Shown here piece by piece: positions 12,211-24,056 of a DNA stretch of 64,000 nucleotides (the stretch's first letter is position 1; each line of letters opens with the position of its first letter). The position numbers were made by a program, and so were the translations under genes. The stretch comes from Sphagnum compactum (taxonomy: Eukaryota): NCBI GenBank assembly GCA_965153455.1, contig OZ234493.1, positions 25,658,213 through 25,722,212 on the forward strand, written 5' to 3'. Below the pieces are notes generated by a model that did no database searches, had not been told where the DNA came from, and worked only from the letters and a program-made list of their open reading frames with translations.

Positions 12211-14681
12211 TAACAATTTGATTTATTTGTGGTGGTTTTCTTTTGGTTCATGAATAAGGAACACATTTTCCTTGTCAATTGATTGTTAATCCAACATGCC
12301 GTTTTCTCACCTTTGAAACACATTCAAATTCATGACCATTGTCTTTTAGGTCCCAACTTCCATAACCTTGGAAGTGTCCATTTTGGCCCAACTAATGGTA
12401 TGTATTTTTTTTTCCTACACACATCCTAATAATCCAAAATGTGCAGTAAGTTTGGAAATGTATCTATTGCATGTTCAAGTATTATTATAATAGAGTATAT
12501 GAAAATATAAAAATATGCAAAGTCTTCCCACACTAAATCAGCATCTTTTGTTGATGTGCAAGTTGTGGAGAAAAAATTGTAAAGACGATTAATATGAACT
12601 AATTGTCCCTTGTTCTCTTAAATTTCTTTGATCCAACATTTTAAACTATAGATTGTTGAAATCAACAATAATACAAATACTTTTCAAACCTTTGGTTATA
12701 AATATGATTTATGATTTTTATTCCATACTCTAATGCTGATATCTTTCTATTGGTTTTATCTTGAGATTTTCTTTGTTGCAAATCTACTTTTGAATCAGGC
12801 CATTAATCATCTAATTGTTTTACTTACATTTACAATGTAATTTTTTGCATATCTACCCTAGAACTAGGTTGTTCCTCATTTACTTTCCACACTTTTGCAT
12901 TAAAACTTGTTTTTTGCATGAAAAGTTTTAAGCTGACATTTCTTCTTCTACTAGTAGATTTAAATTATGACTAAATCTAATTTTCTTAACATTTTCACAA
13001 TAGGACTTAAAATTTTAAAACAAAGTTGGAGCTATTCTTCTACTAGAACTCATAAGGAAAACATACTTGAAAAAGAAGATTGTCAATAATAACGAGTTGC
13101 ACCTTTAAGTTAAGTTTTACTTATGTTTATACTTGTTATGGTGTTTTTTTTTTGGAGTGAATGCAAATTGCAAAAGTTCAGTAAAAATCTATAGCACTAA
13201 ACCTTCGGAGAGCTAATAATGAACTTATTTGGAAGACTCAAAATTTGATATCGTTGGTAATCTTGGTGCATTGTATCTTTGTTAGGATTTAAAGCTTATT
13301 TATGGACAGTTGCATGCCCATTAATTTGACAAACAAACCTCCATAACCAAACATTCTCTTTGTTTGTCTTGGTGTTTTTTTTTTGTATAAATGAATCCAA
13401 CCAACCCCTAAACCAAACATTGACTTTGAAAAAACATTTGAGAATTGTTATTAAACCAATCTTAAACACACCCATAACCAAACAAACGAAAGCTCGACAT
13501 TATACTTTTCATCTTATTTGCTTTCACTTATGCGCATGAAAATGTGCTCATACTTTCCCATCATTGAACATGTGTAAATGTGAACAACCCTGTTAAAATG
13601 TAATTAATTCTATCACTTTCTCACGCCCATAACTCCACCAAAAGTAATATTATGCGAGGGTCACTCAAATTTGTTAACCATTTTTTTTTAAGACTTGGGG
13701 ACGTTCGGTGACAAGAGCGTTTTTAAACATTGACCCAAAAGCCCTAAATCGTTAACCAGGGATAGTTTACACTAGATCGACGTTCGATTATTGGGTGATG
13801 TTTGGTGAAGGGCATGTAAGGTTTAACCCATATAAGGTTTTTTTTACCCTATACGGGTTAAAGAGCTTGGACTTGCTTTAAAAAAAAGGTTTGAGTTCAC
13901 AACCAATGTTGGGCAAATATCATAGTACCTTGGCAAAATTCAACATTAATTAATTTTTAAAAAATGAATTTCAGGTAGTTATGTTGAAATTCCCTAGAAA
14001 ATTATAAATATTTTATTTTTTCATGGTTTTAACTTTTTTCCCATTCAATGAGTCTTGTTTATTACTTTCACAAAATAAAATAAAATAAAATAAAACGATT
14101 GTCTAATAATATGTGTATGTGAAAAAGTTAACAATTTAACTTAATGAGAGAAAATAATATTAAATTTTCTCATTAATCTAAAGGTAGACTACTCAACCTT
14201 TTTAATTTCCTGAAAATGAAATTGATGCTAGTTTCTTAACTAATTAATTTACTCAACCTCTATTTATCTATGAATTAATATCTCAACCTTTGTTTGAAAA
14301 TAATGTATAAATAATTTGAAAATGGGTGAGTTTTTTCTTAATTAATTAATTAAATATTCAATCATGGGTTGCCAGGCGTTACTACTACAGTTGTGAGATA
14401 TTGCACTCGAAACACCCGCTGGGTATCACGGTGACATATAAGCACGGTTCTCAAAACTAGTTTCTGAAGAAAATGCTCTTTTTTGCAGGTACCCATAACC
14501 GGCAGTTCTCTTAGTCTGGAGTTGATTTCATTGAAAAACTAGGAACCTGCGGTTAATTTAAAAATCAAATACCCCTCCAACACACTGGTGAAATTGTTCT
14601 TTAGAGCAGTAAGAACCGGAGGTTATTTAAAATCAAATACCCCCTGACACTGGTCGCGACAGCCATTTTAGTCCAGTGCGA

Positions 14682-14770
14682 TTTAGGGTTGCACTTAGGG
14701 TTTTGCGAGGGAGAAGAGAGGATACAATTAGGGTTTTCTTCTTGAGAAGAGAGCATGCAATTAGGGTTCC
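14682..14770 (+). promoter_or_regulatory. Cluster of telo-box motifs (TAGGGTT[T]) upstream of the DEAD-box helicase
   Basis: Four TTAGGGTT copies within 90 bp, two of them the full reverse complement of AAACCCTA. Confidence 0.6.
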
Positions 14771-14986
14771 GCGGAGCTAGAGAAGACGAGGAAAAAACGA
14801 AAAAGACACGCTCGCAGAGTATGCAATTTTAGTTTTGTGTCTCATGCTTGTTGCAGTTGACAGTTTGATCTCTGAGTCTGTTTCTCTACAGCTCGTCTTT
14901 GTAGAGATTTTTTTTTGTTCATCCAGCTCGAAGGAGAAAATAAGAATGTTTTTGTTCATGTAGAAGCTGAAGAAGAGAGAGCTGTA

Positions 14987-17900
14987 ATGGAAGATGTAGT
15001 TGCGGAGCCTTCAATCTTCTCCCGGAAAAGTTTGCAGCAGCCGGTTTCTCGAACAGTTTCTAAGAAAGAGCGATCGTCTGCTGCGATTGTTGAGTCCTTT
15101 TTGTCGGAATCTGGTGAAGAAGAGAGTAATGCGTCGTTTGAAGGATTAGGAGTGGCGGAATGGTTAGTGCGCACTTGCCGAGAGCTTGGTATGAAGAAGC
15201 CGACACCCGTGCAACAAGGATGTGTTTCTCAGATACTTGCTGGAAAGGATGTGTTCGGCTTAGCACAAACGGGAAGCGGAAAGACGGCTGCATTTGCACT
15301 CCCTATCCTTCAGAAACTGGCTGAGAATCCCTATGGCGTCTTTGCGTTGGTTCTCACTCCCACACGCGAACTCGCCTTCCAAATCTCTGACCAGTTCAAG
15401 GCTTTAGGATCCGGCATGAACCTGAGGAACACGGTGGTGATCGGAGGCATGGACATGACTGCGCAGGCTAAAGCTCTCATGCAGCGACCTCATGTGGTTA
15501 TTGCAACCCCTGGACGCATGCGAGATCATCTCACCAACGATCCTGACATCGCCGCTGTTTTCGCCAGGACCAAGGTTGTCTGTTTGTCTGTCTATCTGTC
15601 TGTCAACCTCTCTGCCATTACTGTCTCTTTCTCTCTTAAACCCCATGTGCGAAGAACAAAGCTTTTGAATGTTTCTGGATCCTTGATTTAGGGTTTTCTG
15701 GATCCTCGAAAGGGACTTAGGGTTTAGCGTTCTCTCTCGCCCAACCTCTCTGCCATTTACTGTCTCTTTCTTTCTTAACCCCATATGCAAAGAACAAAGC
15801 CTTCAAATGTTTCTGAATCCTCGAATGCTTTCGAAGAATGAGGTCGCAACCTTTGAATTTGTGCCAAAGAGAGGGTCTGCCAACCATTGAGATAGACCGC
15901 AAATGACTAGGGTGTAACTATTTCTCCCATCCATAGAAGAGAAGCTGTGCAGTCAGTCAGTGGATACCTCACTTTCAAGAGAGTTGGGGTGGGAAGTCTC
16001 ATAGCTTTTGGTGTTTTGCTTTTGGTTGCAGTTTTTGGTACTTGATGAAGCTGATCGCCTTCTGGAGGTGGGTTTTGAGCAAGAGATCAGGGTGGTGCTC
16101 GAGAACCTCCCCAGCACCCGACAAACTTTGTTGTTTTCTGCAACAATGACCAACAATCTTCAAGCTCTACATCAGCTGTCAATGGAGAAGGCCTTCTTTT
16201 ATCAGGCTTATGAGGGATTCAAGACAGTGGAGGCTTTACAGCAAGAGTATTTGTTCATACCTGCAAATGTCAAGGATGTCTACCTAATGCATGTCATGTC
16301 CACTCTTGAAGATCGGGAAGTTCGTTCAGTGATAATCTTCGCTTCCAGTTGCAGGTGAAGTCTGCTGCCCTAGTTTCTGGAGATCTCTAAATTGTTTTTG
16401 GCATTTTCCATAGGCATTGCAAATCAACACTTTTTGGTATACATACTGCCAAACTTAGTTTTTGTCTCTTTTTTTCTGGGAAGTTAATATTTTACCAAAA
16501 TTGTGGATCTGATCTTGTACAAAAGAATGGTAAACATGAGTTGGAAATATGACCATTGAAATCTTTTTCTGCTACAGTCAAGAATTGTTTTTGAAGGTAT
16601 CAGAATTTAGATCAAACACAAGGATTTGCAAACTTTGAAGGGCCAAATCTACACACTTGGCTTCTGATGCAGGGCCAAGTATGATTTTCTTACAGAGTTC
16701 TTCACAGTTCTTGAACATTTCTGGACAGTGTGTAATCTGAACTTAGATCTTGACCATTGCAGGACTTGCCATTTCTTGAGTTTGATGATGGCAGAACTGG
16801 AGACTGACACAGTGGCACTGCATTCTATGAAAACACAGCAGCAAAGATTGGCCTCACTGAGTCGTTTCAAGTCAGGCCAGGTGCCTATTCTGATTGCAAC
16901 AGATGTTGCTAGTAGAGGACTTGACATCCCAACTGTGGACATGGTTGTCAACTATGACATTCCCAGGTTTGTAAACAACTACAGCCAGTTTTCTTTCTTG
17001 CCTCATCCATGACTTGAAGATCAGCATGTCAGCTTAGTCCAGGGCATAATTTACCCTCCTAAGAAGGGCTTTGCAGGTTACTTAGGTAGATACCAATTCA
17101 TTTGATGTCATGCCTCTTACAAGTATCTTTGCTTCTGCTGCTGATGGTATTGTTCCTAGGCTGTTCATGTACTGGTTTAAAACTCCATCCTCATTGTTAT
17201 GGAAGAGGGTTTTGGAGGCACAGAAATTGACTGTTTGTTTTTGTGACTGAATTTCCATTCTGTCAATTGGTCAGATTCACAAGGGATTACGTGCACCGTG
17301 TTGGTAGGACAGCAAGAGCTGGAAGAGGTGGCTGTGCCCTCAGCCTGGTGACACAGGTACAGTCCACCTTGAAATCCCCTAGCTAGCATTGGAAAACTGA
17401 AGTCTGCATTGAGTGGCATGCAAGCCAAAATCCATTTCTGAGGGAAGCTTTGGAGAGAGATAACAGAGAGAGAGGGTGTTTCTTCAAGGTCAGTGTTTGT
17501 GGGTTTATTCTCAGAGTCTTAACTCTAGATGGGTCTTGAAATACTATAGTATTTTCTTGTCCCTTATTTATTCTTGTCAGATTAATCCTTTGCCAATTGC
17601 CATTTTGTGAATTCAACTCTGAATATCAATTTTGTGTGTGAGATTAAGGATTGCATCTTGACTCTATGAATCTCCTTCTATATCAGCCACTGATGGTTTC
17701 CTTGTTGCAGTATGATGTGGATCTCATTCATGACATTGAAGAACTCATAGGCAAAAAGTTGGAGGAGTGTCAAGTGGAAGAGGATCAGGTTCTGAAGGGC
17801 ATCACAACGGTATTTTTTTCCCCAGTCTGGATCTTTTAGCATGCTAGTCTCTAGTGTTCTCTCTCCCTTTATGCTATCCTGGTCATGAGCTGTTGGCTGC

Positions 17901-18168
17901 TGGCCGTCATAGCAAGCAAAATTTTGTGAGTACAGAGTTGGCAAGAGCATCTATTTTGCACATTTTTAGCATAATCCTGTGAAACTCTGATGGTTTGTGG
18001 GTTCTTCAGATCTACAAGGCAAAAAGGGTGGCAATGATGAAGATGGCCGACAGTGGTTTTGAGGACAAGCTGAAATCTCGAAAGGAACTTAAGTTGAAAG
18101 CTCTGATGGAGAAAGGGCTTTTGAGTCCAACCAAATTGAAGGGAAGGAAGAGGAAGAAGCCTGTCTAA
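14987..18168 (+). CDS. RH36: DEAD-box ATP-dependent RNA helicase, DBP8/DDX49/RH36 type (6 exons: 14987-15574, 16032-16354, 16763-16966, 17275-17356, 17711-17809, 18010-18168)
   Basis: Q motif (KPTPVQ), [36 protein letters not shown] and [23 protein letters not shown] is characteristic of the DBP8/DDX49 clade. GT-AG boundaries are frame-compatible. Confidence 0.9.
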
Positions 18169-19431
18169 GGTGAAATCTACACAAAGGTGACAAACCTCAA
18201 ATGTACCGTAATCAGAACATCCTGCAGTAGTTTAAGCTGCTAGGAGCTTGTTCAAAAATAGCTGTCAGTAAATAGGTGGTGGGAAGTTCCAACAAATAGT
18301 TAACCCCCATCTCAATTCTTTCTGTTGACTGGTGTCATTGTTCATTTGCAGTACAGTGAACAGATCTGTAGCTTGTTTTTGAGTTGAAAGAGTCTTGAAC
18401 CTGGACATAAGACAGCAATCACAGTGCAGTCTGTACATTTCTGTGAATGGCTTCCTGAGGCCATCCAAGTACAAGGCATCTGACGGGATCATCCATCAGG
18501 ATATTAGAAGTCTATCTTGCTTAAGAGGTACAATCCATGGTCAAAGATTTTGATAAGCTGAAAATCACTGCCCCTTGATTGGTACCCAAAGGATGTTTTG
18601 ATAAATCTAGGCATTGCAGGTGAAAGATATGAAGAGAATTAGAAGGTCCCCATCATTCCCTCTCGACTGTCTTCACCTTGTGTTCCTGCTTTAGACTTCA
18701 AAGGCTACTGGCTGTACCTTGAAACCCTGTGAATGACTGACCTGGTTGCAAGAGATTCTTGCCTCAAATATTGCAGTTTGCTGATGAATGCTTGCTGATT
18801 GACATGATCTGATGAAAATGAGTCCTTCCCTCCCTCCTCTTGCAAGCCTCCATAGGGACAAATCAACCCATTCTTGTTGGTAACTCTTCCTCTTTGCTAC
18901 CACCTATTTCCCTGTGCAGGAAATTTGCTGATTTATGGATCATCAGCTACAAGTTCACAATAGACAGAAATATGGAAACAGCAATTAACTCTGCCATTGC
19001 AAACATAGAAACATACATGCATTGATTATCTCTGTTACTCCAGGCAATAGCATAAACAATTGCACAATCATGAACTGTGCATGCACATGCACACACAACG
19101 TTGCAAGGTGTATTCACAAATGGTCTTCATGTGGCTTGTGAAGGTTCTTCAAATTTGTTGATGCAGACACTTGCGTCAGGCAGGCTGTTGTCCAGACATG
19201 GTGTCAGTCATTCTCCTTCAAGCTCTTCAGAAAGCCAATCTTCAGGATTCTGTCTGAGTCCTTGATTTTTATGAAGACATTGCAGACAACAATCTCAAGA
19301 TGATGTTATTGAATCCTGTTCCTTTCTTGTCTGCAACAAAGTTCAACATGGAAAGCAACAATAGTGAATGGGAGGGGGGTGCGGGTGGGGGGCGGGGGAG
19401 CAGAAGCCTGTTAAACACTGAATCCAGGGAA

Positions 19432-20199
19432 TTACGATTCCTCGTCTTCTTCCCAGCTTTCTTGACTCATGATATCAGGCTCTGAAAGCTCGATCTCTGA
19501 CCAGCTGTCTTCACTGCGAGCGCGATTCTTGTGTTGTTGAGAGCTGGCAACGATCATCTCGTCCTTGAAGAAGCTCCCAAACTGAAGCTCGTTGTTGTCG
19601 CAGGCAGCTTTGTAGCAGTCAGGAATCTCAGCCTGGTTGTAGCCGGAGGCATCAACTTCCTCCTCCCGCCGTGCTTCTTCATGATTCTCAGTCAAAAGAC
19701 ATGCTGCTGCCTCAGGCTTCCGTTTCCTGTTTCGCATGTTCTGCAAGGCCGTGTCAATCATGATCGCCATGGCAGAAACCTTATCTTTCTCCTCCTCCTC
19801 CCGTTCCTGCTGCAGCTTTCCAGCATCCTCATCGTTCTCACAAGGATCGCAAACCTCACCGCTGGACTGATCGGTATCAGAATCCCAAAGAGTTTGTGAA
19901 GCCGGAGAAGGTTTACGAGCTGTACGAGAATGAGGAGCAATGAAGGACGATCTCGACGACGAGCAGACACGCCAATCTTCCAAAAGATGATTGAAAGTAA
20001 CGTCGTAAGCAGATCTCTTACGCCTACCTTTTACTTTGCTCTGGGATTTGCTCACGGGAATCAATGTATGGTTCTTCTTCTTGTGTGAGGAGGAGGAGGA
20101 GGAGGAACAACAACATCTCACCTCTCCAGTTACTCCTCGACCGCCAATCTTTCTGGATTTATTGCTTGGTTTTCCTGATAGCCGACCTTCTCGCCTCAT
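19432..20199 (-). CDS. Uncharacterized low-complexity protein (basic N-terminus, acidic C-terminus), probably nuclear
   Basis: Long GC-rich open frame downstream of a CT/GA-microsatellite 5' region. First ATG at 20199 (the ORF track starts at a GTG). Possible donor at 19435 leading to a short terminal exon near 19306-19330. No recognisable domain. Confidence 0.55.
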   Translation of the reverse strand: MRREGRLSGKPSNKSRKIGGRGVTGEVRCCCSSSSSSSHKKKNHTLIPVSKSQSKVKGRRKRSAYDVTFNHLLEDWRVCSSSRSSFIAPHSRTARKPSPASQTLWDSDTDQSSGEVCDPCENDEDAGKLQQEREEEEKDKVSAMAIMIDTALQNMRNRKRKPEAAACLLTENHEEARREEEVDASGYNQAEIPDCYKAACDNNELQFGSFFKDEMIVASSQQHKNRARSEDSWSEIELSEPDIMSQESWEEDEES

Positions 20200-20349
20200 T
20201 CTTATGTTGCCTCCCTCTTCTTGCTTGCTTGTCTGAGAGAGCGAGCGAGCGTCTGTGTGCGCTCCTCCTCTCCGTCCTCCTCCTACTCTTGTCGTCGACA
20301 CTCGACACTCCTGCTCTCTCTTCACAGTGTGGTCTCTGGATGCATCCCC

Positions 20350-20381
<32 letters not shown>

Positions 20382-20479
20382 CTCTTCCAGTATGAAAGCA
20401 GAATTTTCTGACACCAAATGAAGGGACGTTGTGAAGGGTCGTGCCTTATGATAAACGAAGCGTTATAGGATTAGGTCTA

Positions 20480-21139
20480 GGAGAAGGTTCCGTATAGGGT
20501 AAGGCCCTACTATCAGGGAATTACTCTGTGAGCACTAAGGGCGGAGCCTCCTGAGGTATAAAATACACACTAAGGCCCACTTTAGACGAGGGTCCAGAGT
20601 CCAATTTCCTAGGAACCAATTTGGATTGATTTGAAGCAAATTGAAACCTTGAGTTGGACTGCACCTTGGTCCCTAGCCTGATTCTTGGTTCTCCAAATCA
20701 GGAGGCTCTCCTTTTAGCACTGTTTTTGGGTCGGAACCAATTGATTTTCCCTCCAAAACAGGTGCCATGTAGGTTGTTTAGCCTCAATTTCCCACTTTTT
20801 TCCCTCCAAAACAGGTGCCATGTACGTTGTTTAGCCTCAATTTGCCACTTTTTTCCCTCCAAAACAGGTGTCATGTAGGTTGTTTAGCCTCAATTTGCCA
20901 CTTTTTGGTCTTGGACCCGCAACTAAAAGCCTTGGGGACCAGTTTAAAGCTTTTGACCAATAAGATTGCTTGAATTCATTGGTCCCTCGACCTTGGACCC
21001 TTGTCCAAAGTTGCCCTAAGAATTCTCTCTGAGGTTGTTATGAATATAGGACCTTTCAAAATTTGAGGTGCTCCCCTGGGCCTATTGGCCTTGGGACGGG
21101 ACCTCAAATCTGGAAGGCCCTATATCTGGAACCTTCCCC
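20480..21139. mobile_element. TA-flanked MITE-like element with GG(A/G)GAAGGTTCC..TATAGGG terminal inverted repeats
   Basis: Left end TA|GGAGAAGGTTCCGTATAGGG; right end, reverse-complemented, TA|GGGGAAGGTTCCAGATATAGGG. Confidence 0.6.
20574..21016. mobile_element. PIF/Harbinger (Tourist-like) MITE nested inside the previous element
   Basis: TAA on both flanks. The 23-bp TIRs GGCCCACTTTAGACGAGGGTCCA and (rc) GGGCAACTTTGGACAAGGGTCCA match at 19/23. Contains three tandem copies of about 53 bp (ccctccaaaacaggtg.catgt.ggttgtttagcctcaattt) at about 20748-20907. Confidence 0.72.
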
Positions 21140-21518
21140 TATGTTAAAGTACAGCAGATTTTCTTTTAATAAAATAAATAAATAAATAAAAGATGGACAT
21201 GCTGGCTAGCAGGTAACTTCCACTAGTTTACCCTGAGAGGCTGGCACCTAAGCTGGTAATCTTAGGACCTGTGAGGGTGCCCAAGATTATGTATAGGGTA
21301 AGGACCTATTGTGAACCCTAGGTCATAAGGGCCCCGATAAGGCAGAAGCTGATTGGCCTGCATTTCAGGAATGCCCTCACCACTGGGCCTTACCTGAAAT
21401 AAAGGCCCGTCTTGATCAAATTTTTGGGACCCTCATGGAACAAATTGTTGTTTTGGTTTGAACTTGCCATTATGGGCAAGGGGCATTCCACGAGAAGTTT
21501 GCTTGCAAAGCCCAACAT

Positions 21519-21700
21519 CATGAAGCTTTTGTGGGTTCTTTGATCCCACAACCAGTACTTGTCTATATACCAGGGTTCTGGCATGAAGCTTTGACAGGTT
21601 CTTTGATACCGGGACCAGTAACCCATCTATATATTAGCGTTCAAGCATGAAGCTTTGGTGGGTTCTTTGATACTACCAGAACAAGTACCAGTCTATATAC
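21519..21700. repeat. Three degenerate tandem copies, unit about 63 bp
   Basis: catgaagcttt..gggttctttgat..accagta recurs at about 21519, 21582 and 21646. Confidence 0.6.
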
Positions 21701-22139
21701 ACAGGGTTGCAGCCTTTTACCTTCCCAACTCACGCTTCATCATGTTGGGTTGTTCTTCCAAATTTGAGGCAAACCATGTTAGCTAGATTTATCTTTCACT
21801 GCAAGTCAAGACCTACATCTCTGCCTACATTGCCCAGTTTTAAGGATCTGAATCCAACCTAGCACGGTGTGCTGTACAGATTACACAAGCAAATTACCAA
21901 ACATCAAGGTGTTGAAATTTGCAGGTATCAGATATATAGTTGCATAGAACTTCACATTGAGGTTCTAAATCTCCCCATTTTGCTTTAACACAAAAATGAT
22001 CCACTCATGTTCTTGCACCCACAATCAGAGTGTCATTCAAGTTCTGTAAAGCCTGAAGAATTGTTTGCATGGAATAAATCCTTCATTGAGCAAAAACTTA
22101 GTTAGTGACCATTGTTTGCAAGGGAATTCAATCCTTCAT

Positions 22140-24056
22140 TCAGGAAGACTTAGTAGTGGCCACATACCCTCCTGTGCATTTTCTGTCACCATGGATGTCT
22201 TGGTTTTCATTACAATCTGAATCACTTGATTGGGGTGTTGTAACATCAGTTTCAGTGGTTTCAGAATCCGAGAATGGCAGCTCTGGGAGTGGACAGTTGT
22301 TGCCTGCCACTGAATTTCCAATTCTGCTCACCTGGAAAACATGAACCAATAGTACCAGATTTGGCAGATCAACAAGCTCAAACACACATACGTCCCCTTC
22401 TTGTAAATCATGTGCACATGCGAAGCTTTTCCAGCCTTGTCCAAGACCAAGATGCCCTCGACTATTCGTCCGCCATTTCACTGGCCATCTCCTGCTCCTT
22501 GTCAAATCCATCAGCACACCTTCTGTCCTCTTCAACAACGCATGCATCTTTGAAAATCCCTCTGGTAAATGCTAATCAAGACAAATGAAAACAACACAGT
22601 ACCCCCTTGTTATTTATCATCATATGGAGCAAGCTATTCATTGACAGGAGCAAGAAAAACAAAACAGTTGGACAAACGTCAGGATGTGAAGTGCGAAATG
22701 ACACTACAAGAATTAAAACCACACTATGAGAATTGGGATTGCATTATGAGAATCGAAATCACACTACAAGAATTGACATTGCAGTTTTATGGATTCACCA
22801 TTGTCAACTTGAGGTGCAAGCTTTGTTGAGTATTGCCAGAAGCTGGCAAGACTCATGTCCAGTTTTTTTGTGAACATTTGCATCATTGAAGATCATTATC
22901 TCAACATGATCTTGAAATGAGTTTATTAGAAGCCAAAAGTCTTTTACAATGACAGCAGCAAATCCTGAGAAATGATTTTCTGGGAAGTCAATTGCAAGAG
23001 AGGTGAACTCACCACATAGAAAGGTTGAGCTACATGTGTCTTCTTCATCATGATTTTGAAGCTTGGATTGGTGGTCTTGGCAGCAGCAGGAGAAGGAGGT
23101 GAGCTAGGAGGAAGCTTTCCTGTTGGAGAACATAGTTGCTGCCGCTGCCGTCGCCGTGGAGATGCTGGTTTTGGTATGCATCCAAGAGATTCTTGTGTTT
23201 TGATGCTGCCAAGATCATTCACTACATGATGCTCAGACTTCACCTGCTGCTCTCGAGGTATTTCCAGCTTCGGGGTTGCTGAGGAGCATTGCTGCTTGTT
23301 CACCAGCATCACCACTGCATCTGCAGCTTTCTTCTCCACTTTCTCATACCTTTTTGAGATTGTGCACTTGAGTCTTCCAACAACAGATCTGTTTGCTGGA
23401 GCAGTCAGAGCATTCCTCCTGGAACAGATTGTGCAAACAATGGTGGTTCCTTTCTTGCTGCATCCATTCTTATCAAATCCTTGCACAGCAAACTGTGAGT
23501 GACCAACCAGAGTAAACACGAGCTGATCACCTTTGACCAAGCAATGATAAGCTGCAAATGGCCTCCATCCCTCCATAAAACCCTTGAAGTCAAAAGCACC
23601 TCCAATTCCCACTGGCCATCTCTGCCCATTTGCTCCTTCCAGCATTGCACGATCTTTGAAACTGTGACCATGGTGTTTCACAAATGCACAAGGAATGCGC
23701 TGCAACCCCCCCAAAAAAATCCAAAACAAACAAAGAATGACCACCACCCAGTGCCCACAGTGTGTGCCTAAACCCTAAACCCCACATCTTTCCTGGGTTA
23801 CGAGAGAGCCATGATGATGAGCTTTGCAGCAATGTGCAAACAATCCCACAGACATCGAACAATTGGAGAGAGTTACCATCCAGCAATCAGGATCCAGAGG
23901 AAGATTGCTATCCACCATGGTCTTGATGAAGCACGCACCTTGCGTCGCTTCGTCTGGCTCCCTTCTGTGATTCCTCTGCCTTTTGGAAAACTGCTGCTGC
24001 CCATCATCGTGCTCGCACAAACCGGATCCTGCTAATACAGCATTGTTTCCGTCCAT
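22140..24056 (-). CDS. B3 domain-containing transcription factor (REM/VRN1-like, two B3 domains; exons about 23877-24056, 23013-23699, 22140-22571)
   Basis: B3 motifs: FIKTM..W(M)RIPCAFVKHHG..LEGANGQRWPV..GWRPFAAYHCLVKGDQLVF, and PSFKIMMKKTHV..LP.GF..RRWPVKW..GQGWKSFACAHDLQEGDVCVFELV. Confidence 0.85.
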
